In this document: one piece after another, positions 39,023-52,064 of the stretch
How the letters are laid out: each line of letters begins with the position of its first letter
How positions within the stretch are numbered: the stretch's first letter is position 1
Assembly: GCA_030390025.1 (NCBI GenBank)
Contig: CM059431.1
Location: 120,530,001-120,594,000, forward strand
Reading direction: 5' to 3'
Source: Squalus acanthias
Lineage: Eukaryota
DNA length: 64,000 nucleotides
Translations under genes and position numbers: made by a program
The notes under the pieces: generated by a model
The model's database searches: none
Seen by the model: the letters and a program-made list of their open reading frames with translations, nothing else
Told to the model about the DNA's origin: nothing

Positions 39023-40078
39023 GGGGGTTATTTTGGCCAAAGGGTGAAAACAGACGCTAAATGGGTATAGTGCTAATAAGACACACCTGTTTGAAAGTCT
39101 GGATTTAGCACACAATTTTGGTCCTACTTGCTGATTACCATAATTTGAACTTGCCTGGAGGTGCTAAAACAGACACCTGCAGGTTTAACACTCAAGTGCT
39201 GAATAGACACAATTTTCGTGGAGCAGTATATGTGGGTTCCTCACACCAACTCCCACTGAATGTGTGGAATGCGCTGGTTGGCACACAGCGGCATGTTGCA
39301 GGATGGCTCAGGGATCGAGGGAGAGGGTGTACTGGTTCTTTGATGCAACACTGGAGGTCCTGGTGGAGAAGGTCCTGAGGAGCAGGTACATCCTGTATCT
39401 TCAGGTGGGAAGGACGCCACCTCGCCCTCCTTGCCCTCCTGTCCCTCTCTTCTGCAGCAGCTGGTACTGCTCTGCCTGGCCTCAGGTCCTCCTCCCATTC
39501 CACATCCAGACTAAGGGGACCCCTGGCAAGATGCCCATGACCAAGCACTCCCGTTCTCCTGGTGACTCCTATAAGGTGACCAATAAGGTGGAGTAGCACA
39601 GCACTCACTCTTTTTAGGTGAGGTCCTCAGAGAATTTCCAGAATAAATCATGCTCGAATGTTGGCGAAGTCTTGACAAAGTGTCCCAGCAAGTCTCCCGA
39701 TGTGTTTTAGTGGTCCTCTTCACAGCTCCAGCAGCAATGAACATGAAATGGTAAGTATCCCTTTAAGTAGCGCTTGAAATCGACATCAACGCCCTGTTTA
39801 CTCCCAAACAGCTGATCACTGTTAGGAGAGGGCGTTAGTTGAAGCACCAGCCACCAAAATGCCATGCTGCCCCTTTAATAAGCGTTAGCAGGCATTTTAA
39901 GTAGCAATCAGCTGTTTAACGAGCCTCTGTACAGTCGTTCCTAGCATAGGCTTCAACTCCTTTACCAAGATGGCATCTTGCGCTAAGTGTGGGCTAAACC
40001 AGTGTTGCAGCTTAAGACCCCATCTTGGGCACCTTGGAGGCTCTTCAGCACCTAAAGTCTTCAGTAAAAATCATCCCC
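39023..40078. mobile_element. Harbinger internal-deletion derivative
   Basis: TIRs GGGGGTTATTTT / AAAATCATCCCC; TSD ACA (39020-39022, 40079-40081); Myb-like N-terminus RERVYWFFDATLEVLVEKV on the + strand. Confidence 0.7.
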
Positions 40079-40339
40079 ACAACGTCCTCTACATATCAAT
40101 TTATGAGGTAACCAAAACGTTGGATACCATTGCTGGACTAAGAAGGTTTCAGGAAATAGGTTTTGGCACATAGTCAGAACAAATTATTGTACAAAGCAAA
40201 TGACCTAAAATATACCTCTGATATAATTTTTCTTTGTATGTTCAAGAGCAAAAAGCGCACGATGCAAATAATTACATAATGCACACATTTCCTTTTACAT
40301 CTGGCAACTGTCATCTTAATATAGTTTATTTAATCGATG

Positions 40340-41680
40340 CTGCACGCAATGTCTTTAAAGCTGAATATTTCTTATGCTCAAAGGAACTTGTATTGGAAGC
40401 TCTAGCACACTGCCTACCTCATTATTACCCACTTTTTCAAAAAGCACCTCAACTCCTCCACTCTCTCCAACTATCGCTTTATCTGCAACCTCCCTTTCTC
40501 TCCAAAATCAGAGAAAGTGTTGTTCTTTTGCAGCTATTACTGTCACCTCTCCGACTGCTGTCTTTTTGATACCTTTTAACCTAACTTACATCTACCTACA
40601 GCACGAAGATTACCTAAGTCAAGTTACAAACCACATCCTGTGTGACTTTAACCGTGGCCCTCTGGGTTCCTTATCCTTCTCGATCTCTCCACTGTCAAAC
40701 TCTCTGACCTCTCCAATATCTCTCTTTTACAGTCATCTTCATTGAAATGTATTCTTGCAGTTCCAGTCCCACCTACTGCTATTAAGACACTACATTTACT
40801 TTAACAGTTTCTTATCCTATGTCCATATGGTCACCCCAGTACTCTATCCTTGGCCCACTCGTCTCTATCATTAAAAATCTGACCCTCAGCAACATCATTT
40901 GAAAGTATGGAGTCAGCTTTCATGTATACGCAGATGGCAGCTAACTTTACTTCATCAACTCCATTTTCAGTTCCCCCAGTGTTGCTACCTTCTCCAACTG
41001 CCTGTCGGACATTAAGCTCTGGATGAGTTGTAACTTCCTCCAGCTAATATCAGTAAAACTCAAACCCCTCTTTGGCTCCATGCTACTACCCTGGATTCCC
41101 TCAACCTCTTCAGCTGTTCTCCTAGCTTAACCCAGAAAAGTGAGGCCTTGATGTCCTGGTTAACCCTGACCTGAGATTCCTACACCATGTCCCGTCTGTC
41201 ACTGCTGTTTTCTACCTCTGAAATATTGCCCACCTCAGCCTTTAACAAGACTGTAATCTATCCCTTCATCACCACAAGGCTCGACTTATTGGATGCTCTC
41301 CTTGCTAGCCTCCTTGCCTCCACTCTCCATAAACTGCAAATTGCTCAGAATTCTATGAAGCGGGTCCTCTCTTGAACAAAATCCACAGCCTTATCACATC
41401 TGTTCTCGCCAAACTCGTTGGCTTCCTGCACTCCAACAGATCTACAATAGCATCTTGTACTCATGTAGAAATCCCTCCATGGCCTCACCATCCCACCTCT
41501 GTAATCGCCTCCAGTTGTATGTGCCTGCATTCACCCTCTGCTAGTCAAACACCAGTCTACTACTCATTCCTTATTCCCTCCACTCTACTATTGGCAACTG
41601 TTTTTCCAGCCACTATCACTCATCCTCTGAAAACTCCCTCCCAAAATCCCACTGCCTCCTCTAACAAAAATGTGCTTGCA
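40340..41680 (+). mobile_element. Old, heavily decayed L2-type LINE RT fragment
   Basis: Residual FHVYADG*L, LSDIKLWMSCNFLQL and FITTRLD motifs; C/T-rich + strand. Confidence 0.65.
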
Positions 41681-42244
41681 TAATTCCATCACTGCACTTA
41701 CTTGTAGGTCCTTGGCACTAGATTGACCTTTTTGATGCTGCCATTGAGACATTTACACCAGGAATTGCACACTTCACTATTTACAATGTTGATTTTTTTG
41801 TTGTTGAAATTTTCAAATATCAAGTGGCTTATTAGCTCCTCAAAAGCCTGAAAAGATCCTTGTTGCAGCAATGCTGTCATAAGCTGACATTTTCATTATC
41901 AGTGGAGAATTTGCATTTTTCAGTTTGTTAACATGGTTAAAAAGCATATTTTCTCCTTTTTTACTAAAATAGGAATAGTCAGCTGACCAACTGTCTGATT
42001 ATGTTTCATAATTTTATCTAATCGCAATCGGAAGGTTGGTCCAGAAACTAATATTGGTATTAACACTAGTAGCACAGCTAAGACTGTATGACTAGTAATA
42101 GCTCACACAGGGAGAAAAAAAACCCAAGGACAAACTATTATCCTTTGTGTCAGCTTAACCAGTCAATGAAGAAATTCTATTTCAGATTCAATGGAGTAGT
42201 ACTTGCTTAAAAGTAATGCTTAGTGCTATATAGTATGAGCAAGC

Positions 42245-42860
42245 TGGGAGTCAACATTGACCAGAAGCTTAACTGGACCAGCCATATCAATGCCATGGTT
42301 ACAGGAGCAGGGCAGGGGCTCGTTACTCTGTGATAAGTATCTCACCTCCTGACTCCTCAAAGCCTCCCCACCATCTACAAGGCTCAAATCAGAAGTGTGA
42401 TGGAATACCCACCACTCACCTGGGTGAGGCTACACAAAACTCCAGAAGCTTGAAACCAATCACAACAAAGCAGTTCAGTTGATTGGCATCTTTGCAACTG
42501 GATTCAATAGTCACTCCCTCCACCACTGGCACACTGTGGCTACAGAATGAGCTATCTATAGGATGCACTGCAGGAAATCTAAAGCTTCCTTCAGCAGCAC
42601 CTCTCAGCACTGTGACCTCCACCATTAAGAAAGACTCGAGCAACAAGATCATGGGAACACATCATCTATACATTCCCCTCCAAGTCACATACCATCCTGA
42701 CTTGGACATATATTGCCGTTCCTTATCATCACTGTGCAAAAAATCCTGGAATTTCTTGCCTAACACTATAATGGAGGCACCATCAGCACAAGCACTGCAG
42801 TGGTATCAAAAGCAGCCCACCATCACTTTCTCAAGACAATGAAAAAACGGGCAATAAATC
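42245..42860 (+). mobile_element. Non-LTR retrotransposon 3' fragment (family of 52923-56770), older copy
   Basis: GGAGTCAACATTGACCAGAAGCTTAACTGGACCAGCC; SLPTIYKAQIRSVMEY. Confidence 0.8.
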
Positions 42861-43384
42861 TTGAATCGACTAATACAACTATATTTATATTGCTATATTT
42901 ATCAGGTTTCTGCATTATTGCTGCCTCCACCAGCCTTACTGACAGTAGATCTTCCTGGATTAGTAGTGAGGGAATTTAGTCTAAGATTTAAGATGAGGGT
43001 TAGGTTTGGCCGAAGGAATAGGATTTGGGTGAGAACATAAGAACATAAGAAATAAGAGATGGAGTAGACCATTCGGCCCTTTGAGCCTGCTCCGCCATTC
43101 AATAAGATCATGGCTGATCTCCTACCTCAACTCCACCTTCCCGCGCCATCCCCATATCCCTTGATTCCCATAATATCCAAAAATCTATCGGTATCCGTCC
43201 TGAATATACTCAACGAATGAGCATCCACAGCCCTCTGGGGTAGAGAATTCCAAAGATTCACAACCCTTTGAATGAAGAAATTTCTCCGCATCTGTCCTAA
43301 ATGGCCGACCCCTTATTCTGAGACTGTGACCCTTAGTTCTAGACTCCCCAGCATCTATCCTGTCAAGCCCTGTAAGAATTTGAT

Positions 43385-44849
43385 GGCCTAGAAATTCGAT
43401 TAGGCCGGAAAATGGCCGTGCCACTGCAGGCCGAGGTTAACGGCTGCTCGCAAAGAGTGCAGGCAGCACTGGTATTGTGATGCTGCCTGCTGATTTACAT
43501 GAGCAGAGCGCAGAATCTCTTGTGCAATGCGTTCTTTCCAGTGGTAACCTCAGCAGGAGGCCAAAGGCTGCGTCTAAAGGATCTGTGCGGCATTCTCTGG
43601 CAATGTGCTGTTTTGGATTATTTGGTGACGGCTCATGGGTTTTGCTGAGTCAGGAGGTATCGAGTCCACTGATGGCCCTTGTAGGGTTGGAGCGTTGTCC
43701 GTTGTGGCACATTAGGAGGCATTTGTTTGTCCACGGCTCCCCTCTTACTTTCTCGAGCATTTGTCTGGGTCTTGTGTGGGGTCCACAAATGGGTACCAGA
43801 CTGTCTGGTACTCCCACCTTCGCTGGCTGCCATAGGTCCACAGATGTTTCACTCAGATGGTTGCTGTGTGGAGGTTTGTGCTCCACCATGGTGCTGGAGG
43901 GGGAGGGGAATGGGGATGCACCATCTTGCAGCGAGCAGTGACGGTGCTCTAGCCTGCAGATCACATAGAGATTCACTCCCTGGCGAGTGGCTCTTAAAGC
44001 ACAGGCTCAGATCAGGTGGGACTGTGACTGGGAACACCACAAAAAGAATGTGACATAAATGTTGTTAAACCATTGCATGAGAAATCAATTGAAATAATTT
44101 TTTTAAAAGGGGAACATAAACCTCTTGGTCAGGAGTTTACTGGCACCTTGGGACTTTTTACTATGTTAAAGGCGCTATATAAATACAAGTTGTTGTTGTG
44201 GTGGTGGTGTAAAATGTGCAGAAGAGCGTTCAATTACATTTTTTACAACAGCAGACTTTTGAAGAACTCTTGGTGAGAATATAGTGTTCAGCCTTTTAAA
44301 AACAGACTTCCAAACTTTATCAGTTCCTAAACTAGAAAACCCACTGCATAAAATTTAAGGACATGCAGCTTTGATTTTCTCCTGAGATTAATACAACTGT
44401 AGTACAGTATAGTTTATTTCAAAAGTATTTACCTCCTGTAATGCTTGACTGCCAGGTGGGAGATTTGATGCATCTCATTGGAAGCACTTTTCACTCCAAT
44501 TACATAGTCTGAGCTCTCCATAGTTACCAGTTATCCCAGCAGCTGTTTACTGTACGGGTTATAGATCAGCGCTGCTTTCTCCTGGCTCTATGCACTGTCA
44601 ACGGCTGCATGCATGGGTGTGCTTTGAAGAGGGCGGTAAGAGGAGTGGCGAGCTCCAAATGGATGAGCGTACATCAATTCAACGTTGCACGCCGATTGAT
44701 ATCACGCTCTTGGTAATTAAAACATTGCAGTGCGCGCAGACAACAGCAGCGCTGCTGACCTGCCCAATATGACTGCGTTCCACACCGGAAATGGGCAGAA
44801 GCGAGGTGGCCGCCATTTTTTCTGCAAAACAGCATCAAATTTCTAGGCC
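43385..44849. mobile_element. Non-autonomous Harbinger element
   Basis: TIRs GGCCTAGAAATTCGAT / ATCAAATTTCTAGGCC; flanks GAT / TAT; interrupts CR1 at LIETY^KIL. Confidence 0.88.
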
Positions 44850-46834
44850 TATATGTTTCAATGAGATCACCTCTCATTCTTCTAAATTCGAGGGAATATA
44901 GGAACATAGGAACAGGAGTAGGCCATTTAGCCCCTCGAGCCTGTCCTCCATTCAATGAGATCATGGCTGATCTGCAACCTCACTCCATATACCCTGCCTT
45001 TGGCCCATAACCCTTAATACCTTTGGTTAACAAAAATCTATCAATCTCAGATTTAAAATTAACAATTGATCTAGTATCAATTGCCATTTGCGGAAGAGAG
45101 TTCCAAATGTCTGCCACCCTTTGTGTGTAGAAGTATTTCCTAATTTCACTCCTGAAAGGTCTGGCTCTAATTTTTAGACTGTGCCCCCAGTCCTAGACTC
45201 ACCAACCAGTGGAAATAGTTTCCCCCTATCTACCCTATCTGTTCCCCTTAATATCTTGAAAACTTCGATCAGATCACCCCTTAACCTTCTAAATTCCAGG
45301 GAATACAACCCTAATTTGTGTAATCTCTCCTCATAATTTAACCCTTAGAGTCCAGGTATCATTCTGGTAAACCTACGCTGAACCTCCAGGGCCAATATAA
45401 GGTGTGGCTGCCCAGATCTGCTCACAGTACTCCAGGTGGAGTCTAACCAGGACTTTGTATAGCTGCAGCATACCCCTTTGTATTCTAGTCCCCTAGCTAT
45501 AAAGGCCAGCATCCCATTAGCCTTTTTGATTATTTTCTGTACCTGTGCGTGACATTTTAATGATCTATTTACCTGGACCCCCAAGTCTCTTTGGACCTCC
45601 ACTGTTTTTAGCTTTTCACCATTTAGAAATTACCCTGTTCTATCCTTTTTAGGTCCAAAGTGTATCACCTCACATTTTCCTACATTGAAATCCACTTGCC
45701 ACAGTTTTGCCCATTTGCTTAATCTATCAATATCTCTTTGTAATTTTATGCTTCCATCTACACTGCCTACAATGCCACCTATCTTTGTGTCATTGGCAAA
45801 TTTGAATATGTGGCTGTTTATCCCTCATCTAAGTCGTTAATAAATACTGTGAATAGTTGAGGCCCCAACACAGATCCTTGAGGGACACCACTAATCATAT
45901 CCTGCTAATTAGAGTACCTGCCCATTATCCCTATTTAATTAGGTTTGTCAGGCATGACCTACCTGACAAATGACAAATACATGCTAGTTCTCTCTGATCA
46001 GCTGAAAATCTTCGAGGTGTTCAGTCACCCGAGCCTTAATTATAGACTCTGGTAATTTCCTGACATCAGATGTTAGGCTAACTGGTCTATAATTCCTTGG
46101 TTTCCCACTCTCGCCATTCTTCAATAGCAGAGTGACGTGCGCAATTTTCCAATCTAAAGGAACGTTTCCTGAGTGGAAAGAACTTTGGAAGATTATAGTT
46201 AGGGCATCTGCAATGTTCTCACCTAGTTCCTTTAAAACCTGGCGATGGAAACCATCTGGTCCTGGGGATTTGTCACTCCTTAGTGCCATTATTTTCTTCA
46301 TTACTGTTATTTTGCTTACGTTAATTTTGTTGAGTCCCTGTCCCTGATTCAATAGGAGTTTCCTTGAGACTTCCGGCATGCTACCCTCTTCCTCTACTGT
46401 AAATACTGATGCAATGTAATTATTCAACATGTCCGCCATCTCCTTATTTTCATTGAAAATATCACCACTTTCAGTTTTTAAGGGATCAACATTGCTCCGA
46501 CCACCCGCTTTTTCTTGATATAATTGTAAAAATATTTTGTGTTGATTTTGTTATCCCTTGCAAGTTTCTTTTCATATTCCCTTTTTGTAGCTCTTACTAT
46601 CCGCTTTGTCACCCTTTGCTGATCTTTATATCTTTCCCATTCGCTAGGATCTATGCTATTTTTTGCAGTTTGTATGCTTTTTCTTTTAGTTTTATGTTGT
46701 CTCTTACCTCTTTAGTCATCCATGGCTGGTTTTTTTAGAGCTCTTGCCCCTTAGGGTTACAAATTGGTTCTGTATCACGTTAAATTCTTTTTTGAATACT
46801 TCCCACTGATGTTCTATTGTTTTACCCATTAACA

Positions 46835-47243
46835 TGGTGGCATAGTGGTTAGCACTGGTGCCTCACAGTGCCAGGGACCCGGGTTCGAATCTGACCTCGG
46901 GTGACTGTCTGTGTGGAGTTTGCACATTGTCTGCATGGGTTTCCTCCGGGTGCTCCGGTTTCCTCCCACAGTCCAAAAATGTGCGGGTTAGGTTGATTTG
47001 GCTATGATAAATTGACCCTTAATGTTAGGGGGGGATTAAATATGTGGGGTTATGGGGATAGGATGGGATATGTTAGGGGGAATTAAATACGTGGGGTTAC
47101 GGGGGTAGGGTGGGATATGTGTACTGTGGGGATTAAAGCAGGGACAGGGTACTGGATTTGGATGATCAGCCATGATCGTATTGAATGGCGGAGCAGGCTC
47201 GACGGGCCGAATGGCCTACTCCTGCTCCTAGATTCTATGTTTC
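46835..47243 (+). mobile_element. HE1-like V-SINE (tRNA head, V domain, CR1-derived tail)
   Basis: A box TGGCATAGTGG, B box GGTTCGAATC, V-domain GGGTTTCCTCCGGGTGCTCCGGTTTCCTCCCACA, CR1 3' tail; TSD TAACA. Confidence 0.88.
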
Positions 47244-47484
47244 TAACAGATTTGCCCAGTTTATGGTGGACAGTCTCTGTCTCATTTCATTGAAGTCAGC
47301 CTTACCTAAGTCTAGAATCTTAGTAGCTGTTTTGCGTTTCTTTCAAACAGTATTTTGAACTTGATCATGTTATGATCGCTATTAGATAAATGTTCACGGA
47401 CCATTAGGCAGTTAACTAAATCTGACTCATTCCTCATTAATAAATCTAATATGGCATGCCCCCTTGTTGGTTCTAGGACATATT

Positions 47485-48183
47485 GGGCTGGATTTTGATA
47501 CGGGGCGGGCTGGGGTCGTGTCATCCACTTTTCGTGTTATCCACCCGACTGCAATTGGATGTGGGAGATTGATGCAAGTTTCACCTAATTGGGCAATTGA
47601 GTTCCAGCATGTGGGAACCCATGAACCAATTAGTCTTTTCAGTCTGAAAGTCACCTTTGATGATGTAATCATTGCTGCTGCATTGAAGGTCTTCAAAGAC
47701 TGCCTGGCCTTTGCTGTGAGAGGACCTGGATGCAAAATGAGCAGCAGCAGTCCTAAGTCTGCTCCCAGATATTTTTACACCACCACTCCCAGATATGTCT
47801 CCTCTCCATCCATCCATATATATATCCATCCACATAGCCATCCATATATGCATCCCCATAGCCAGCCAGCCAGCCAGCCAAATGTGCTCCACGCCAGGTT
47901 TCACAATCGTGGTTCAGAACAGGCGTGCTTCACGTAGAACAAGGGTTAAAATCACAAAGGCCTTTCAAAATGGCATTATAGAGGCAATTTAGTGCTTGTT
48001 AAGGGCCTTAACAGCCTATCCCGCCTCTTAGAGGTGGGATGGAGTCGGACCAGCAGACACGATTTAATGAAAATTGCGTGGAGGCGGGATGGAGGCGGAC
48101 TTGTGCCCGCCCGCCAGTTTTCGCAATTTTAACCCCCCACACGCCTCCAAACCCGCCTCCACGGGTCAATGAAAATCCAGCCC
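47485..48183. mobile_element. Harbinger-type MITE
   Basis: Perfect 12-bp TIR GGGCTGGATTTT; TSD ATT (47482-47484, 48184-48186). Confidence 0.9.
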
Positions 48184-48399
48184 ATTGTTGCAGAAAACTA
48201 TCCCGGACACACTGAAGCAATTCACTAACTTTCTGACATGTGCTAGTCTGCTTATCCCAATTTATAGGAAAGTTAAAATCCCCCATTCAATAACTGGTCC
48301 CAGACTGGTTCAGGTAAAGTTCCTTCCTGTTCCAATACTGGTGCCAGTGTCCCATGAAATGGAACCCCTCTTTTCCGCACCACTCCTTCAGCCACATGT

Positions 48400-50680
48400 T
48401 ACATACATATGAACATACGAATTAGGAGAAGGAGTAGGCCACTCGGCCCCTCGAGCCTGCTCCGCCATTCAATAAGATCTGATTACTCCACATTCCCGCC
48501 TACCCCCGATAACCTTTCTTCCCCTTGCTTATCAAGAATCTATCTACCTCTGCCTTAAAAATATTCAAAGACTCTGCTTCCACTGCCCTCTGAGGAAGAG
48601 AGTTCCAAAGACTCACGACCCTCTGTGAGAAAAAGTTTCTCCTCATCTCTGTCTTAAATGGGCAACCCCTTATTTTTAAACAGTGACCCCTAGTTCTAGA
48701 TTCTCCCACAAGAGGAAACATCCTCTCCACATCCACCCTGTCCAGACCCCTCAGGAACTTATGGGGGAAAAATGTGGTTGCTTTGCGCCTCCCGTTAGCG
48801 CCCTCTTAGAGCGCTAACGGGGCGCAAAGCAACTAGCCCCCGGGCGCAGCGCCGGCAATGCCTCAGCGGGAGGTTAGCGGCGGCAGTAACCGTTAGCGCC
48901 CTGAGGTGCTGTGCCGCTGGCGATGACGTCATCGCCATGCGCAGCGCCCTGCTCGCACCCTGGCTGTGACCTTCGGGAGTGCCCCAAGACGGAGGCGGGG
49001 TGCTTCCAGTAGCACCCTGCTTCCCTCTTGGGGCGCTACCACTCAATTTCAGCTGTGGGTGCGCTAATTTTTTCGAGACGCTAAAAGTAGTGCCCCGGTG
49101 AAGTTAGCGCCCCAAAGGGGGCGCAAATCAATTTTTCCCCCTATATGTTTCAATCAAGTCACCTCTTACTCTTCTAAACTCCAGCGGATACAAGCCTAGC
49201 CTGTCCAACCTTTCCTCATAAGACAACCCGCCCATTCCAGGTATTAGTCTAGTAAACCTTCTCTGAACTGCTTCCAACGCATTTACATCCTTCTTTAAAT
49301 AAGGAGACCAATACTGTACACAGTACTCCAGATGTGGTCTCACCAATGCCCTGTATAACTGAAGCATAAGCTCCCTACTTTTGTATTCAATTCCCTTCGC
49401 AATAAATGATAACATTCTATTAGCTTTCCTAATTACTTTCTGTACCTGCATACTAACCTTTTGTGATTCATGCACTAGGACACCCAGATCCCTCTGCATC
49501 TCAGAGCTCTGCAATCTCTCACCATTTAGATAATATGCTTCTTTTTTATTCTTCCTGCCAAAATGGACAACTTCACATTTTCCCACATTATACTCCATTT
49601 GCCACTTACTTAACTTATCTATATCCCTTTGTAGCCTCCTTATGTCCTCTTCACAATTTACTTTCCTACCTATCTTTGTGTCATCAGCAAATTTAGCAAC
49701 CATACCTTCGGTCCCTTCATCCAAGTCATTTATATAAATTGTAAAAAGTTGAGGCCCCAGCACTGATCCCTGTGGCACACCACTCATTACATCTTGCCAA
49801 CCAGAAAATGACCCATTTATGCCCACTCTCTGTTTCCTGTTAGCTAGCCAATCTTCTATCCATGCCAATATGTTACCCCCTACACCATGAGCTTTTATTT
49901 TCCGCAATAACCTTTGATGTGGCACCTTATCAAATGCCTTCTGGAAATCTAAGTATAGTACATCCACTGGTTCCCCTTTATCTACAGCGCATGTTACTTC
50001 CTCAAAGAACTCCAATAAATTGGTTAAACATGATTTCCCTTTCATAAAATCATGTTGATTCTGCCTGATTACTTTGAACTTTTCTAAGTGCCCTGCTATA
50101 ACGTCTTTAATAATAGCTTCTAATATCTTCCCTGTGACAGATGTTAAGCTAACTGGCCTGTAGTTTCTTGCTTTCTGTCTCCCTCCCTTTTTGAATAAAG
50201 GAGTTACATTTTCTATTTTCCAATCTAATGGAACCTTCCCCGAATCTAGGGAATTTTGGAAAATTAAAACCAACACATCAACTATCTCACTAGCCACTTC
50301 TTTCAAGACCCTAGGATGAAGTCCATCAGGACCCGGGGACTTGTCAACCCGCAGCTCCAACAATTTGCTCAGTACCACTTCCCTGGTGATTATAATTTTC
50401 TTGCGTTCCTCCCTCCCTCCCATTTCCTGATTTACAGCTATTTCTGGGATGTTACTTGTATCCGCTATAGTGAAGACCGATGCAAAATACCTATTCAATT
50501 CAACTGCCATCTCGTTATTTTCCATTATTAATTCCCCAGACTCACTTTTTATAGGACCCACACTCACTTTGTTAACTTTTCTTTTTTAAATATCCATAAA
50601 AACTCTTACTATCTGTTTTTATATTTCTAGCTAGCTTTCTCTTGTACTCTAATTTTTCTCTCCTTATTCATCTTTTAGCC
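48400..50680 (-). mobile_element. CR1 LINE, 5'-truncated, nested in the 44903-52064 CR1
   Basis: 479-aa open RT frame at 49128-50567 (YLDFQKAFDKVPH, KFADD); GAACATACGAA tail. Confidence 0.93.
48763..49141. mobile_element. GC-rich Harbinger-type MITE
   Basis: TIR GGGGGAAAAAT at both ends; TSD TAT (48760-48762, 49142-49144). Confidence 0.9.
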
Positions 50681-51789
50681 ATTATTTTAATCTTTTAGTT
50701 CACCTCCCTAATCTGTTTATCCCTATGCCAATTTGCACATGGCTCAGGTAATAATTCAGAGATTATATCCATTGTAGTCCTGTTCTTTAATTTAGCTCCT
50801 AGTTCCTGGTACTCTCCAAACAGGAACTCTTGCCTACTCTTCTCTATGTTGTTGGTCCCAACATGGACCACAACAACTGGATCATCCCCCCTCTCTCTCC
50901 AGTATCTTTTCAAGCCAGTTCGAGATATCTCTCACCTGGCACTGGGTAGGCAACATACCATGTGGGACTCTCGATGCTGCTTATAAAGGATGCTATCTGT
51001 CCCCTACAACTACTACATAACGCTTCCCCTTCTCCTCAACCCCTCCTCCCCCCACCCCCAAACCACCTTTGCACAGCCTCCTGCTCCAAAGTGCCATGGC
51101 CCACATTCTGGCTGTCCTTCCGACAGTCTTTATCCTTATCCTCACAGGTAGCAAGTACATTGTACCTGTTGAATAGGATCAATTTCTGCGGATCCTCATT
51201 CTCTATCTCACTTGGGTTCCTCTTACGATGCACATTGGACACACCAACCCCGTTCTGAACCTGCACCTCTCTGCGAGATGTGACCAAGGTCTGGAGCAAA
51301 CTGTCCAGATACTGCTTTCCGTCCCTTATGTGTCGGAGTGTCTCCAACTCGCACTCCAGCTCAGTGACTCTGAGCCAGAGGGATTCGAGACAGAGACATC
51401 TACTGCAGATGTATTCGCTCGGGAGAGTCTTGCTGTCCACAAACTCCCACATACTGCAGTCCAGACACACAACCTGCTTTGCCATATCTTAGTCTTGATT
51501 ATTTGTATCTACTTTCTAGTTTGTTGTAAGTTTTTTTTTCTTTTTCTACACGCCATCTTGCACTAAGCACTAAAACACTGGAAAAAAATGTAAATGCCTC
51601 TTTATTAGACTACTATCTAAAATTACCAGAAATTAACTTAAGACTGTCACTGATCTGATCTGGAGGGAACAAAAAACACTCACCAGTTACTCACCAATCA
51701 GCTCCTTCCCTTGTTGATGTCACTTTAGGTGTTTTTTACTCTGACGTCACTCTTTCAATTTCTGCCTGTGTTTCAGTTGGTCTCAGCTC

Positions 51790-52064
51790 CCGTTGATTCT
51801 GGTCTTGGGCCTCCTGTGCCGCCACACTTTTTATCCCACTCCTCTCTCACTCAGCTTCTGCTGATTCTGATCTCGGGCCTACTCTGCCGCCACACTTTTT
51901 ATCCCAGTCCTCTCTCACTCAGCTTCTGCTGATTCTGATCTCGGGCCTCCTCTGTCGGCGTGCTTTTTATCTCACTCAGCTCCTGCTGCTTCTTCTGGTC
52001 TTGGGCCTCCTCTGCCGCTGCACTTTTTATCTCGCTCCGCTCTCGCACAGCTCCCGCTCCTTCT
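51790..52064 (-). repeat. About 4 tandem ~68-bp monomers forming the CR1 5' UTR
   Basis: GATTCTG recurs at 51795, 51863 and 51931, with further degenerate units; each unit has GATAAAAAG on the sense strand. Confidence 0.85.

Larger units (their letters stand above)
44903..52064 (-). mobile_element. Near full-length CR1 LINE (tandem 5' UTR, ORF1, internally deleted ORF2) with nested insertions
   Basis: TSD GGAATATAGG / GGAATATGGG (44893-44902, 52065-52074). ORF1 has CLDCSMWE..YICSRC plus a leucine zipper (51036-51485) and esterase-like VVVVHVGTNN (50695-50913). RT fragments at 45345-46439. Confidence 0.88.

Noticed and set aside
46835..46915. tRNA gene (also heads at 21812, 52923 and 53515)
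   Set aside because: The A/B boxes run into SINE or LINE bodies, and I could not establish a complete cloverleaf.
47795..47880. His/Pro-rich ORFs
   Set aside because: (CATC)n/(CCAG)n microsatellite inside a MITE.
51790..52064. CRISPR-like repeat array
   Set aside because: Whole units repeat without unique spacers; eukaryotic CR1 5' UTR.
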